Below are positions 1-15,214 of a stretch of 64,000 bases of DNA, piece by piece. A program made the translations under genes and the position numbers. Within the stretch, counting starts at the first letter, position 1. Every line of letters starts with the position of its first letter. The notes beneath the pieces were generated by a model. The model saw only the letters and a program-made list of their open reading frames with translations. It was not told the origin of the DNA and did not search any database. Origin of the DNA: Octopus vulgaris (taxonomy: Eukaryota). Where the stretch lies: contig OX597821.1 in the NCBI GenBank assembly GCA_951406725.2, forward strand, positions 23,250,001-23,314,000. The letters run 5' to 3'.

Positions 1-930
1 CATGTATGTATGTATGTATGTATGTATGTAAGTATGTATGTATGTATGTATGTGTGTATGTATGTATGTATGTATGTATGTAAGTATGTATGTATGTATG
101 TATGTATGTATGTATGTTTGTATGTATGTATGTTTGTATGTATGTTTGTATGTATGTATGTATGTATGTATGTATGTATGTATGTATGTATGTATGTATG
201 TATGTATGTATGTATGTATGTATGTATGTATGTATGTATGTGTGTGTGTGTATGTATGTATGTATGTATGTATGTATGTGTGTATGTATGTATGTATGTA
301 TGTTTGTTTGTTTGTTTGTATGTATGTATGTATGTATGTATGTGTGTATGTGTGTATGTATGTATGTATGTATGTATGTATGTATGTATGTATGTATGTA
401 TGTATGTATGTGTGTGTGTATGTATGTATGTATGTATGTATGTATGTATGTATGCATGTATGTATGTATGTATGTATGTATGTATGTATGTATGTATGTA
501 TGTATGTATGTATGTATGTATGTATGTATGTTTGTTTGTTTGTATGTATGTGTGTATGTATGTATGTATGTATGTATGTATGTATGTGTGTATGTATGTG
601 TGTATGTATGTATGTATGTGTGTGTGTATGTATGTGTGTATGTATGTATGTATGTATGTATGTATGTATGTATGTATGTATGCATGCATGCATGCATGTA
701 TATATGTCTGTATGTATGCATGTATGTATGTATACATGCATGTATGTATGTATGTATGTATGTATGTATGTATGTATGTATGTATGTATGTATGCATGCA
801 TGTATGTATGTATGTCTGTATGTATGTATGTATGTATGTATGTATGTATGTATGTATGTGTGTATGTATGTGTGTATGTATGTATGTATGTATGTATGTG
901 TGTGTGTGTATGTATGTATGTATGTATGTA

Positions 931-967
<37 letters not shown>

Positions 968-1020
968 ATGTATGCATGCATGCATGTATGTATGTAGACT
1001 TGTTTGTATGTATGTATTTA
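1..1020. repeat. Long (TATG)n microsatellite with (TG)n interruptions
   Basis: Direct reading; source of the MYVC pseudo-ORFs. Confidence 0.98.
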
Positions 1021-1182
1021 CTAACGTATGTACGTATGTCTATGTATACGTTCCAAACTGTAGGCTATTGTTTCTCACTTTGAGTGACATTTTGCATTTG
1101 GGCCCATCCTCAAGTATAAGGTCACGTATTAATGTGACTTTTGATACTTTCTATAAACTTAGGTAAAACCAAACACCACTGT

Positions 1183-1700
<518 letters not shown>

Positions 1701-1749
1701 CAACATTATGAAAATATCACCAAAGACATACATACATACACACCTAACC

Positions 1750-3622
1750 CAGGGGACCTAAAACTACGATCCATTGTAGCTGGCCCAGCCTGTGAAACGC
1801 ACAGACTAAGTCTATTTATGGACATCCTCTTGAAACCCTTCCTTAAACACATCGATAGTCATATCAGAGATGACTTGGATATGTTAAACCACCTTCCAAA
1901 AAAAGTCAAGGAAGAAACAATCATGGTTTCATTTGATGTAGTTAATTTATATACCAGTATACCTCATAATTATGGACTAGAGGCAATACAGTTCTGACTG
2001 GACCATTTTCCGGAAGAAATACCAAAAAGGATCAGTAAAGAATTTATTACTAAATCGGTCGAATTCATCCTACAAAATAACCACTTCATGTTTGACAATA
2101 CGTTTTACCGTCAAAAATCCAGAATTGCTATGGGTACAAGGGCAGCACCAGTCATTGGGAACCTAACAATGGGCTACATGGAAATAATCATTTACCAGGA
2201 ATCTTTATCAATCTTTGGAAACCCCCTTTCTCAATACATAAAAGAGAATTGGAAACGATTCTTAGACGATTGTTTTATACTCTGGAATGAAAACACAGAT
2301 AAACTCCTAAAATTTAAAAACCTATTGAACAGCATAAACCCAAATATACAGTTCACAATGGAATACAACCAAAAGGAGCTCCCGTTCTTGGATATACTAA
2401 TTAAAAAAATTAACCTTAAAATAGAAACAGACATTTTTTACAAAGCCACAGACGCCAAACAATACCTTCTTTTAATTCATGCCACCCAAGACACACTAAA
2501 ACAAACATCCCCTTCAACCTTGCAAGAAGGATATGCACAATAGTGTCAGAACAAAATACCAGGAACTTTAGACTGCAAGAACTCAAAAACACCCTAATTG
2601 ACAGACATTACCCAGCTCAACTCATAGAGGATGGGATCAGACGTGCAACAGAAATCAACATAGAAACTTTAAGAAAAGTTCAACACAACAACACACCTCC
2701 CCCGAAAATACTACCTTACATATCTACATACAACCCCAGAAACAAAGAAGCCTTCACCATCATCACCCAGAATTTACCAATACTTCATAAGGACCCCAAA
2801 TTAAAGGAAATTCTAAACATACACCAAATCATTAAAAGCTACAAACAACCTAAATCACTTAAAAAGATTCTCACAAAGGCAAAATTGTTTTCTGAAATTA
2901 CGGATGCAAAACTAAAAAAATGTGGTAGATCGAACTGTGCAACATGTCCAAACCTGCTAGAAGGATCAGAATTCCTCTTTAAAGAGGGACAGAAATTCAA
3001 GATCAAATCTAACTTTACTTGTGCCTCTGAAAACATAATTTATGTCATAAAATGCTCGGGCTGCCACCAAGACTACGTGGGATCCACGGGACTATCACTC
3101 AGACGTAGATGCACATTGCATCGACAACAGATTGCATTCCCAGAATACAGAATGATACCTTTTAGTGAGCACATTGAGAAATGCGCAAAGAAACTACTAC
3201 CACAATTTTTAATCTTTCCATTTTACCAATGTGCTATCGGATCATCAACACAAATTAGACTAAACAAGGAAACATTTTTCATTGAAAAGTACAAGCCCAG
3301 ACTTAACCATGCCAACATACTGATACAGAGAAATTCACACCAAGAGAAAGGAAAAAATTTTAAGCGATTATCTCCCTTACACCGGAAGAAATCACTCATT
3401 ACCTCCCCTTATTTAGCACACTTTTAAACATAAACATAACGATAACTCTGTTCAACATAAACATAACGTCGTAAGAAATTTGAAAAGCTAAACGCGAAAC
3501 CGTTTCTTCTAAATTATGTCATTGTAAGAAAAACTTTTTTAATATTCTTCAGACATATTGACGCAAATATATATATTTTTTAACCTTTAAGCCTTCTGTA
3601 GTTTTTTCACTTTTTACTATTT

Positions 3623-3625
<3 letters not shown>
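1750..3625 (+). mobile_element. Penelope-like retroelement (Neptune-type), 5'-truncated, RT plus GIY-YIG, decayed
   Basis: RT motifs RSIVAG, VSFDVVNLYTSIP, IAMGTRAAP, RFLDDCF; Cys linker CGRSNCATC; GIY-YIG NIIYVIKC..C..DYVGST..LRRR..H; in-frame TGA at 1995 and frameshift near 2470; 3' end abuts (TA)n. Confidence 0.93.
3473..3508 (+). ncRNA. Disabled hammerhead ribozyme in the PLE 3' region (cleavage triplet deleted)
   Basis: Matches 23016-23055 except that GTCA is missing after GAAACCG. Confidence 0.65.
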
Positions 3626-3670
<45 letters not shown>

Positions 3671-3893
3671 CAGTAATCTCTCGCCATATCGCGGTTCACT
3701 TATCGCGCTTTATTTCTTAAGCTTACGTCGATTCCTCTGTCGTCTTGTTTTGCATTTATAATAAAATACATATATACAAATTAGAAAGATAATTAAAAAA
3801 AATATGCAGTACAATACTGTTTCTATTTCGCGGATTTTCACCCATCACGGGGGTTTTTGGGACGTAACACCCGTGATAGTCGAGGGGTTATTG
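3671..3893. mobile_element. Tigger/pogo-type MITE
   Basis: TA-CAGTAATCTCTCG ... CGAGGGGTTATTG terminal inverted repeats, about 220 bp. Confidence 0.75.
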
Positions 3894-3901
3894 CATATAT
3901 G

Positions 3902-3970
<69 letters not shown>

Positions 3971-4460
3971 ATGATATATAAGAAAGCGTTGAAATGCGGT
4001 AAAGTTATGAATATTTAAATAAACAGGTTTTTTATTTTCTCCCATACGAATTAACTATATATTTATGTATGCATACATATATAGTTAAAAATAACAAATT
4101 ACGTTTTCACATAAAAAATATATTAACTAAAAAAAAAATTTGCTGAAAAGATATCTACTATATATTTGTGAAAAGGGGGGACGTTGTCTTACAAGTAGTT
4201 GTGCAGGCAAAAAAGTATTAGTAAATGTGGTCGGGTTGACCTGAAAATTTGCACACCTATGCTAAAAGAGCTGGGGAGTTTAATATGGCAACTTTGAGTT
4301 TGCTCAATTGAAAGGCGTGGCCTCTAGGGCAAAATTCCTCATCTTTGAAATGTGGCCCGAGTAGACCCGAATGAAATCGGGTTATGATACTGGTTACTGC
4401 ATATTTTCCAAAACGTTGGACAAAAGGGAAAATCAGATTTTACAAGTCTCACTCTCTCTC

Positions 4461-4516
<56 letters not shown>

Positions 4517-4531
4517 ACTCTCTCTCACTCT

Positions 4532-4602
<71 letters not shown>

Positions 4603-4854
4603 TGTGTGCGTACGTGCGTGGTGTGTGTGTGTGTGTGTTCACTTTTTTCTGTTTTGTGTTTTATTCTGTATAATATGCATGAACTTCTGGCTTTTACTGC
4701 TGCCTTTCTGGACTTGTTTCACTGCTGCTTCTATAATAAATCTAAATAAGTGTCTATAACACAATTTTTGTGAGTTTAGTTTGCTTTTGTTTCCAAATTG
4801 TGCACCCTTTGCCGGTAAAGTTAATTCTTGGTCCGCCTCCTCCATATATATATA

Positions 4855-5044
4855 TTGGGTTGGTGCATAATTATTGTGGCTTTTTGTCAACAAATTTTAT
4901 TTAACAAAAACAATAACAATATTTAACAAAAACATCTTAAATGACGGTCTGACCGTCTGCCAAGCAAATTGGAAGCAGTAATTTAAGTAGATGGTGAATA
5001 TGCTCCGGAATAGTCATTTAAAGGTTTAAAGCCCCAATAATTAT

Positions 5045-5048
<4 letters not shown>
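4855..5048. mobile_element. Mariner (Hsmar1/cecropia-like) internally deleted element
   Basis: TA-TTGGGTTGGTGCATAATTATTG...CAATAATTATGCAC inverted ends; right end eroded by (CA)n. Confidence 0.7.
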
Positions 5049-5130
<82 letters not shown>

Positions 5131-5261
5131 CTGTGTGTGTGTGTGTGTGTGTGTGTTTGTGTGTGTGTATATATATTTATGTATGTATATATGAATGAAT
5201 GAATGAATGTATATATATAATATGTATATATATATATATATATCCGGGATCCGGGACCCCC

Positions 5262-5688
<427 letters not shown>

Positions 5689-5768
5689 TTTACGTATGTA
5701 TTATGTATGTATGAATGAATGAATGTGTATATATATATGTGTGTGTGTATCCATATCTATCTACCATC

Positions 5769-5874
<106 letters not shown>

Positions 5875-5951
5875 AAGAAGAAGAATACCATAACTTACAG
5901 GGAAAATACAATTTAACAATTTTAAATCAATATATAATATATGTATATAAT

Positions 5952-6822
5952 TTAGAGAAAAACCTCTACTAGACAATTCAATAAAGAAAAGTGTTATTCA
6001 CACCATATAGAAAACATATACTATAAAAACCTTACTCTAAAAATCAATAAAGTACAATAAATAGTAAATAGCAGTAAAAATACTACGCGCGTTTTGTAGC
6101 TATATTTTCAAATAGATAATAATAATAATAAAATCGAATTAAAATTAATTCTATTTAAAAATATATTCACTCATCAGGTTTAAGATAATAAATAATAATA
6201 AAATAATAATAGAATAAATGTACTTATCTTAACTTATACTAATTATCAAATAAATATATGATTGATTGATTGATTGATTGATTCCAGTTTCAGCTTATGA
6301 GCTGTGGCCATGCTGGGGCACCGCCATTTATAAAAAATTCGTGTATTAACTCTAATTAATCGAAAAGTATTTAACAAATTTTCTTTAAAAAAATATAACT
6401 TATCTTATCGAAGGATTTTCGTTAACTAAAAATTTAAATGTAAAACGTAGAATTTATCGTTTATAAGAAAATATCGCTTGAAAAAATGGCGTAAATAGAA
6501 TTTATAGAAGAAATAGATAGAAATATGTATTTAAGCTATTAAAATTACAAATGTATTTTAGCTGCAAGAATAAGGGGAAAAAATTAACTTTAATATACCA
6601 TTAACTGGAAGAATTGTAAAGTCTAGATACTTTAAATACTAAATACGTAATATACATAATATAATAAACGTAAATTAAGCTAAAACTCTATAATTTAATC
6701 TATTTTCATTAATTTTTAAAGTTTTTTTTTATAGTATATGTTTTTTTATAGTATATGTTTTCTATATGGTGAGAATAACATCTTTCTTTATTGAATTGTT
6801 TAATAGAGGTTTTTCTCTAAAT
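5952..6822. mobile_element. AT-rich fold-back element with about 80-bp inverted ends and a decayed hammerhead-like motif (probable PLE terminal repeat)
   Basis: 5952-6030 is the reverse complement of about 6742-6822; minus-strand CTGATGA...AAAC GCGC GTA at 6082-6180. Confidence 0.6.
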
Positions 6823-6836
6823 TATATATATATATA

Positions 6837-7547
6837 AGCCTTGTGAGTGGATTTGGTAGATGGAAACTGAAAGAGGCCTGTCGTATATATGTTTGTGCGT
6901 GTGTTTGTGTGTCTGTGTTTGTCCCCCTAGCATTGCTTGACAACCGATGCTGGTGTGTTTACGTCCACGTCACTTAGCGGTTCGGCAAAAAAGAGACTGA
7001 TAGAATAAGTACTGGGCTTACAAAGAATAAGTCCCGGGGTCGAGTTGCTCGACTAAAGGCGGTGCTCCAGCATGGCCGCAGTCAAATGACTGAAACAAGT
7101 AAAAGAGTAAAAGAGAGAGAGAGAGAGAGAGAGAGTATATATAGGCGCAGGAGTGGCTGTGTGGTAAGTAGCTTGCTTACCAACCACATGGTTCCGGGTT
7201 CAGTCCCACTGCGTGGCATCTTGGGCAAGTGTCTTCTGCTATATATAGCCTCGGGCCGACCAATGCCTTGTGAGTGGATTTGGTAGACGGAAACTGAAAG
7301 AAGCCTGTCGTGTATATGTATATATATGTGTTTGTGTGTCTGTGTTTGTCCCTCTAGCATTGCTTGACAACCGATGCTGGTGTGTTTACATCCCCGTTAC
7401 TTAGCGGTTCGGCAAAAGAGACCGATATAATAAGTACTAGGCTTACAAAGAATAAGTTCTGGGGTCGATTTGCTCGACTAAAGGCGGTGCTCCAGCATGG
7501 CCGCAGTCAAATGACTGAAACAAGTAAAAGAGTAAAGCGTAAAGAGT
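6837..7547 (+). mobile_element. Two tandem copies of SINE family A (5'-truncated 6837-7115, full 7142-7547)
   Basis: Head TAGGCGCAGGAGTGGCTGTGTGG...GGTTCAGTCCC, CORE-like CTTGGGCAAGTGTCTT, internal (TA)n, tail GACTGAAACAAGTAAAAGAG. Confidence 0.92.
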
Positions 7548-8577
7548 AATATTACACAACACACACACATATATTAATATATACATATATATTTGCGCAT
7601 TATTTGTTATAGAGGCACCAACGTATAGAAGCAAAATACATTTGCATACACCATAACGTACGCAAAATACAAAAAAAAAAAACACTGACGTTAATATATA
7701 CAGCAAGACATAAACATTAATGCTGTTATGTGTGTTTGGGCGTGTATGCGTGTGCGTTTAGAGGTAGTGAGAGGGGAGAGCGACAGAGGGAAAGAGAGAG
7801 AGAGAGACAGAGAGGGAGGGAGGGAGGAAGGAGAGAGAGAGAGAAAGAGAGGGAGGGAGGAAGGAAGGAGAGAGAGAGAGGAGAGAGAGATAGAGAGATC
7901 ATAGGAATATACACACATACAAGGAAGCATTAACCCAGAGGGTTAGGCTCAACACACACACAGAGGAACATACGCACTGAGAAACAAGAAGCATGTATTA
8001 ACAGACACACATTTACACAAGCGCGCACACCTACAGACACACAGACACAGACACACACACACACATTTTCACAAACACACACACACATTCACAGAAACAT
8101 ATGTGTATAAGAATATCAATAGCACCTCATATTGATATACAAATAAACATTTATCCGCCCCTGTCAAGTTTTTTGTTCACGCAGGTCTAATGATGCATCA
8201 TGGGAAAATATGCGAACGTTACATAGACAGCTGGTGTTCTAAGATCACATTTGTATATAACCCCTCCCTACACGACAGAGAGGGTGGGGAGGGGGGTAAA
8301 GAAATCTTCTTTTCTGGAACCCTCGATACATTTGTGTTTGTTCTTTTGTGTTGATATGTATTTTTCCATTCTCTTTTCTCGTTTCAGTCATAGAGTCGCG
8401 GCCAGGCTGGGACACCGCTTCGAAAGTTTTAGTCGATCAAATCGACTCCAGTATTTTTATTCTTTAAGTATATTTCCTTTTAAACGCAAGTTGACGAGCG
8501 GTAAGACGCAAACACAAATACAAAAGTCCACAACCATACACAGTCATATATACACACATACACACACACACACACAT

Positions 8578-8619
<42 letters not shown>

Positions 8620-8847
8620 ATTTCCTGAGCGCCTATTAATAATAATACTGTAATTGTTCCATTGTTGTTGTTTTTTTGTTTTCCTGTTTGGATTAAAATT
8701 ATATATATATATATATATATAATTAATTAATAAGGGTGAGAGAATTAGATACTAATTTAATAGCATATCTATTCTACACCAAGTGGCCTAGTGCTCCGAG
8801 AAACCTGGATTATTATAATATTTTATAATATATTATAATATTTTTAC

Positions 8848-9047
8848 AAAATAAATATAAGAGAGTGGTCCATATGGCTCTAGCACCAGTTATCCAAAAG
8901 GTTTCAACCACAAAAATAGTTCCCATGAAAGTCAGTACGATTGTTAACAATCGTACTGACTTTCATGGGAAACATGTATTTTTGTGGTTGAAACCTTTGG
9001 ATTAACTGGTGCTAGAGTGAGCCATATAGTGACCACTCTCTTATATT

Positions 9048-9053
<6 letters not shown>
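8848..9053. repeat. About 206-bp palindrome with a perfect 52-bp centre (8920-8971)
   Basis: TTCCCATGAAAGTCAGTACGATTGTT|AACAATCGTACTGACTTTCATGGGAA; outer arms diverged. Confidence 0.93.
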
Positions 9054-9094
<41 letters not shown>

Positions 9095-9319
9095 GCACGG
9101 AATTCTGTCAGTGAACAGGTCGCGGTCTCAAAGCGACGAAAATATTTTGACAAATTAAATTTAAATGTTGAAGTGAATCTAACGATTTTTGTGTGTTTCT
9201 TAAATGGCTTATAAACACCTTCCACGCAGCAAATGTTTTCGTTCCAGCACACGATCTCAGATCAAGTCAGTTGCTATGCAAGTACTTCTCCGTAATATAT
9301 ATATATATATAAGAATAAT

Positions 9320-10093
9320 TTAAATGGATGAATGAATTATCCTTTGTTTACCGTTAACATGGAAAATTCAATAAGCAGTTACCAGGGTAGCAAAATTCAC
9401 GCAAGTAACACGGATGAAGCGACCTATTCAAAAGGTAGAAACTCCGGGTTAATGTGCAGTAATTTGTGTATTATAAGTAAATAAACGAAGTTGAACGAAG
9501 GTGTTATTAAATTTCTTTTACTTTCGACATATGTTTCGAAGACAACATGGTTTTATTGCAAAGGAATAAACGGTGTAAAATGCAATCTTCTCATCAGGAA
9601 AGAAAGAGAGCCTATCTCAACAACAAGACATTATGACAGTTACGATGACTGCCTAAATGATAAACAGAACGTTATTAAGTATTTAAAAAAACCGTTAGTA
9701 GATTTGACGTCAAAGGCAGATACCAGGAAGAGAGGGGTTAAAGAAATAATAAGTATAGAACAAATAAAGAGGGGTACGTTTGTTTAAGAAAAAAAGTTCA
9801 AAGGCTTAGAAGTAGATTTTCCTCTTGAAGTAAAGTGCAAGTTAAACTAACTGTTCAAACTTATATGAGTTAAAGGTATGTTTCTGCCAGTGTTTACATT
9901 TGTAAGATCGCTCTATAAGTGTGTTAACAAGGTGATTCTTAGAGAAGAGAATATGGAAGGGTTCAGAGTTGCAAATGTTACAAAATTCCTTGCCCTTATC
10001 GTAAGGAAAGGATACACACAGGATGAACTTAAAATCTTTATTGTTGTCTTTAAGATGCCAAACCAATTTACTTAGCCCTGTACTATGGCGTTT

Positions 10094-10097
<4 letters not shown>
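9320..10097 (-). mobile_element. 3' end of a second-lineage Penelope-like element (GIY-YIG C-terminus plus 3' UTR/pLTR) between (TA)n arrays
   Basis: Minus [17 protein letters not shown]...PY..G..FCNIC..E...LVN....KCKH, followed by a hammerhead. Confidence 0.75.
9521..9602 (-). ncRNA. Type I hammerhead ribozyme, intact core
   Basis: CTTTC-CTGATGA-GAAGA..(TTGCA/TGCAA)..TCTTC-GAAAC-ATAT-GTC-GAAAG. Confidence 0.88.
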
Positions 10098-10176
<79 letters not shown>

Positions 10177-10191
10177 TATAGATATATAGTT

Positions 10192-10224
<33 letters not shown>

Positions 10225-10227
<3 letters not shown>

Positions 10228-10495
10228 GAGGCGCAATGGCCCAATCGCGGTTCGATTCCCAGGCTGGGCGTTGTGAGTGTTTATTGAGCGAAAACACCTA
10301 AAAGCTCCACGATGCTCCGGCAGGGGGTGGTGATCCCTGTTGTACTCTTTCACCACTCTTTCTTCCACTCTTCTGTTGGCCTGCTCGCTTAGCCAGCGGG
10401 GTGGCGTCATTCGAAGGCTAAAACAATGCGAACGCATTGTGACCAGCGATGTGTAACAACATCTGATGGTCTGGTCGGTCACGTGATCACGTGAT
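10225..10495 (+). mobile_element. SINE with family-C tRNA head and an alternative tail
   Basis: GTGGAGGCGCAATGGCCC head; tail ...AAAACAATGCGAACGCATTGTGACCAGCG...GGTCACGTGAT also at about 12262-12352 and 44836-44950. Confidence 0.8.
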
Positions 10496-10984
10496 ATATA
10501 TATATATATTAGAAATTGAGGGTAGGGTAAAGAACTCCTTCGGTCATGAATGACTATAGGATTGTACCTAGAAAGTTCCCCTTTCGTGGCACAAGTCCGG
10601 GCAAGGTTGTTTTATGGAAGACCACCAGTTGCCCATACATACCAGCGTCCCTTCTCTACGCCGCCGATGTTATCCAAGAGAAAGGCAGAGGGGCCGATAC
10701 AACTTGGCACTAGTGACATCGCTACTCATTTCTACAGCTGAAGAGTCTTGCTCAAGAACACAATACACAGCCCGGTTCGGGAATAGAACTCACTCCATGT
10801 GAGATAACTATAACGTCAACGGAGAGAGAGAAACAATTAAGACTATCCTTAATCAAGGATATTAGTAATTATTAGTTCGTCGAAGAACTAAGGAGCGTCC
10901 AAAGTAGAAAGATAATAGTGGCATGAGTGTGCATGCGTGTGTGATCTAAATTTTTCTTATCGCTTTCATTTCGTTTGATTAAAT

Positions 10985-11203
10985 CAGTGCTTTTCAAACT
11001 TTTTGCTGGAGCGGAACCCCAAGGAAACATTCCACTGACTCGGGGAACCCCTGTGCAATAATTTAATAGTCTTATGCACACATATCTGCACAAGAGAATT
11101 AAAAATTACTGCCGATTTGAGTAGTTTTGTAACTTCTTGCGGAACCCCTGGACTGTACTGGCGGAACCCTATGGTTCCGCGGAACCCTGGTTGAAAACCA
11201 CTG
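10985..11203. mobile_element. hAT (Charlie-like) MITE
   Basis: CAGTGCTTTTCAA...TTGAAAACCACTG TIRs; perfect 8-bp TSD GATTAAAT (10977-10984 and 11204-11211); repeated GGAACCC subterminal motifs. Confidence 0.92.
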
Positions 11204-11321
11204 GATTAAATATATCCCTTTCTGCATGCGATTCAATCAGTTACAACAAGGAACCCAAGCAGTTGATAAAGATAGGTACGACGCAATAACCAAATTGGTG
11301 AAATGCAAAAACTTTAATGCA

Positions 11322-12010
<689 letters not shown>

Positions 12011-12017
12011 TTGGAAG

Positions 12018-12053
<36 letters not shown>

Positions 12054-12350
12054 AACACCGAATTTGCGGACTTAGATGGTCCCGAACCTCTTATAATCCA
12101 CACTAATTTGCACTTAATATATAGGCACTTGTATTTCATTTAATTCTTTGAGTAAATTTTATATTTGCCCAATTTGGAGGGTGCTGGCCAAGGTGACTAC
12201 CATGCCACCGCTTCGGAAAAAAGTCAATAATCCGGAAAGGCTTTGGAACAAAGGTGGTGTAGCGTCATTTGAAAGCTAAAACAATGCATAGCGCATTGTG
12301 ACCAGCGATGTATAACAGCATCTGATAGTCTGGTCGCTCACATGGTAGCA

Positions 12351-12433
<83 letters not shown>

Positions 12434-12437
<4 letters not shown>

Positions 12438-12596
12438 GGAGTGGCTGTGTGGTAAGTAGCTTGCTAACCAGCCTCATGGTTCCGGGTTCAGTCCCACTGC
12501 GTGGCATCTTGGGTAAGTTTCTTCTGCTATAGCCTCGGGCCGACCAAAGCCTTGTGAGTGGATTTGGTAGACGGAAACTGAAAGAAGCCTGTCGTA

Positions 12597-12645
<49 letters not shown>

Positions 12646-12821
12646 ATATGTTTGTCCCTCTAGATTTGCTTGTGTGTTTACCTCCCCGTTACTTAGCGGT
12701 TCGGCAAAAGAGACCGATAAAATAAGTACTGGGCTTACAAAGAATAAGTCCCGGGGTCGATTTGCTCGACCAGCATGGCCGCAGTCAAATGACTGAAACA
12801 AGTTAAAGAGTAAAGAGAGAG

Positions 12822-12854
<33 letters not shown>

Positions 12855-13540
12855 GTGTGTGTGTATGTGTGTTTGCGTCTGCCCTCTTTGTGTTTGTCCT
12901 CCTCCACCGCTTGACGACCGATGTGGTTTGTTTACGTTTCCGTAACTTAGCAGATCAGCAAAAGAGAAAGGCACAATAAGTAACAAACTTTAAAAACAAG
13001 TACAGGCGTCCGTTTGTTCGACGAAACTCTCCAATGCGTGGCTCCAGCATGGTCGCAGTCCACTGCCTGAAACGAGTGAAGCATAAAAGATGAAAAAATT
13101 AATGTCAGTAGAAAGGTATTGTAACTTACTTATAACTCTTTTACTCTTTTACTTGTTTTAGTCATTTGACTGCGGCCATGCTGGAGCACCGCCTTTAGTC
13201 GAGCAAATCGACCCCGGGACTTATTTTTTGTAAGTAAGCTTAGTACTTATTTTATCGGTGTCTTTTGCCGAACCGCTAAGTGACGGGGACGTAAACACAC
13301 CAGCATAGGTTGTCAAGCAATGCTAGAGGGACAAACACAGACACACAAACATATACACACATACATATATACACATATATACGACAGGCTTCTTTCAGTT
13401 TCCGTCTACCAAATCCACTCACAAGGCATTGGTCGGCCCGAGACTATAGAAGAAGACACTTGCCCAAGATGCCACGCAGTGGGACTGAACCCGGAACCAT
13501 GTGGTTGGTAGGCAAGCTACTTACCACACAGCCACTCCTG
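12434..13540. mobile_element. Cluster of SINE family A copies (12434-12820 +, about 12870-13095 + tail, 13136-13540 -)
   Basis: Match to the 7142-7547 copy. Confidence 0.88.
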
Positions 13541-14064
13541 CATTATTTTGTTTGACGTTTGTGTTGCGTAATGTATAAATTATGTTCCATGCATCTCGCT
13601 TCTCGAAGAGTCACGATTAAAAGAAATTTATCGTATTTATCATATTGTATTGCTGCTTACTATATTTTACGAGTCATAACTCCACCAGTGTGATTTGTTT
13701 AAGCATTGACTTGCTTAAAAATGATTATTCGTTAACGAAATAGTCTACAAATATATTTCAGATGATGTAGGTCACGAATATATTGGAATTTGTTGCTTTT
13801 TCCGTTACGGTCAATCGTTTCTCATTTAATGTATTCGTGTTATTCTAAAAGTGCCCTTCCTAGTCCAATCAGCTTTCAGCTGTTTATTCAATGAGTTACT
13901 AAATATTAATTACTACACCGTTCATACATACCAATCAGTTCTTTTATATCATAGTATATTGCTCTAAAATCGGTTGTGCAACGATCGGTTACTTCAAACT
14001 CCGGGTAACAGTTAGTGAAATATTTTCAGGTTCAATAAATTATATATATACATACATACATACA

Positions 14065-14119
<55 letters not shown>

Positions 14120-14132
14120 CTATTGAGATATA

Positions 14133-14202
<70 letters not shown>

Positions 14203-14239
14203 TTAATAATAATAATAATAATGATGATGATGATGATGA

Positions 14240-14480
14240 TGATAGGGAGTATAACTTCAAACTTACAGGGAAAAATTCAATTTGGTATTAAATCATATTT
14301 CACAATATAAATATATATAATATATATATAAATTAGAGAAAAACCACTATTATGCAGTTCAAACAATGATAGACATAAACCAAATCATAAATAAAAAATA
14401 AAATATATTTTAAAACATATATATTTTATTTTTTTATCTGTTTTTATGGTTTCTGTCTATCAATGTTTGAATTGCATAAT
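14240..14480. mobile_element. Short fold-back element related to 5890-6822
   Basis: Shares AACTTACAGGGAAAA and TTAGAGAAAAACC; inverted arms about 14349-14382 and 14447-14480. Confidence 0.55.
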
Positions 14481-14502
14481 ATGTATATATCAATGTTTGA
14501 AT

Positions 14503-14544
<42 letters not shown>

Positions 14545-14839
14545 CATACATTACAATCTGACCTCAGGTTTCGAATTTTGATCAGCAAATAAAATAATTT
14601 GCCCACCGGTAGAAAAATTTTCTATAATTTTTTCCTACTCTATATAAATTCAAGAAATGATTTTAGCAATTTCTGAAGTTTAATTGCAAATTTTATTTGC
14701 TGCCGATTGAAACTGCGCTTGCGCGGTGGATCTGAAAAACTATGATATATAAGGACGAGGCACGTGTTATTTGGTCTCTAATTTATATGTTAATGTTTTG
14801 GTGTATCCGCAGATGAGAACTTTGCCTTGATGATCTCAG

Positions 14840-15170
14840 AAAACCAAAGAACTTCAGGTGTCGGAGTGGACTATTACGACTGTGATGCAAGAAGACATTC
14901 GACAAAAGTCGCATGTACTGAGGAGAGGCCAAGTGATGTCCGCAAGGACCCGGGAAAACTGTTTGATCTGTGCAAAGTGGTTACTCAACAAGGTTTAAAA
15001 CCTTCATGAACATGGCACGCTTTGGTTCTTCTCAAATGATAAAAAACTTCGACCAAACGCGTAAGCTGAGGAATGAATATACTTCTCATGTCCCAGAGTA
15101 TTGCGCACTAAGTTTGCAGCAACTGTGATGGTTTTAAGAGTAATAAGTAACGAAGGTTATGCCATTCTCC
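14840..15170 (+). pseudogene. Tc1/mariner-superfamily transposase relic (catalytic N-half)
   Basis: KELQVSEWTI...WLLNKV...LWFFSND(K)NFDQ...RTKFAATVMVLRVISNEG, with stops, frameshifts and a deletion. Confidence 0.72.
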
Positions 15171-15214
15171 CTTACATCATTCCACGTCTTAGAAAAAAAA
15201 ATATATATTTCAAT

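Noticed and set aside
10-1166. Long [12 protein letters not shown] ORFs here and near 16400, 34000, 46200, 50000 and 60000
   Set aside because: Translations of stop-free microsatellites, open in several frames
1995-1997. In-frame TGA in the PLE RT as possible selenocysteine (as in some Naiad PLEs)
   Set aside because: Context suggests TGG>TGA at a Trp, the copy also has a frameshift, and no SECIS was seen
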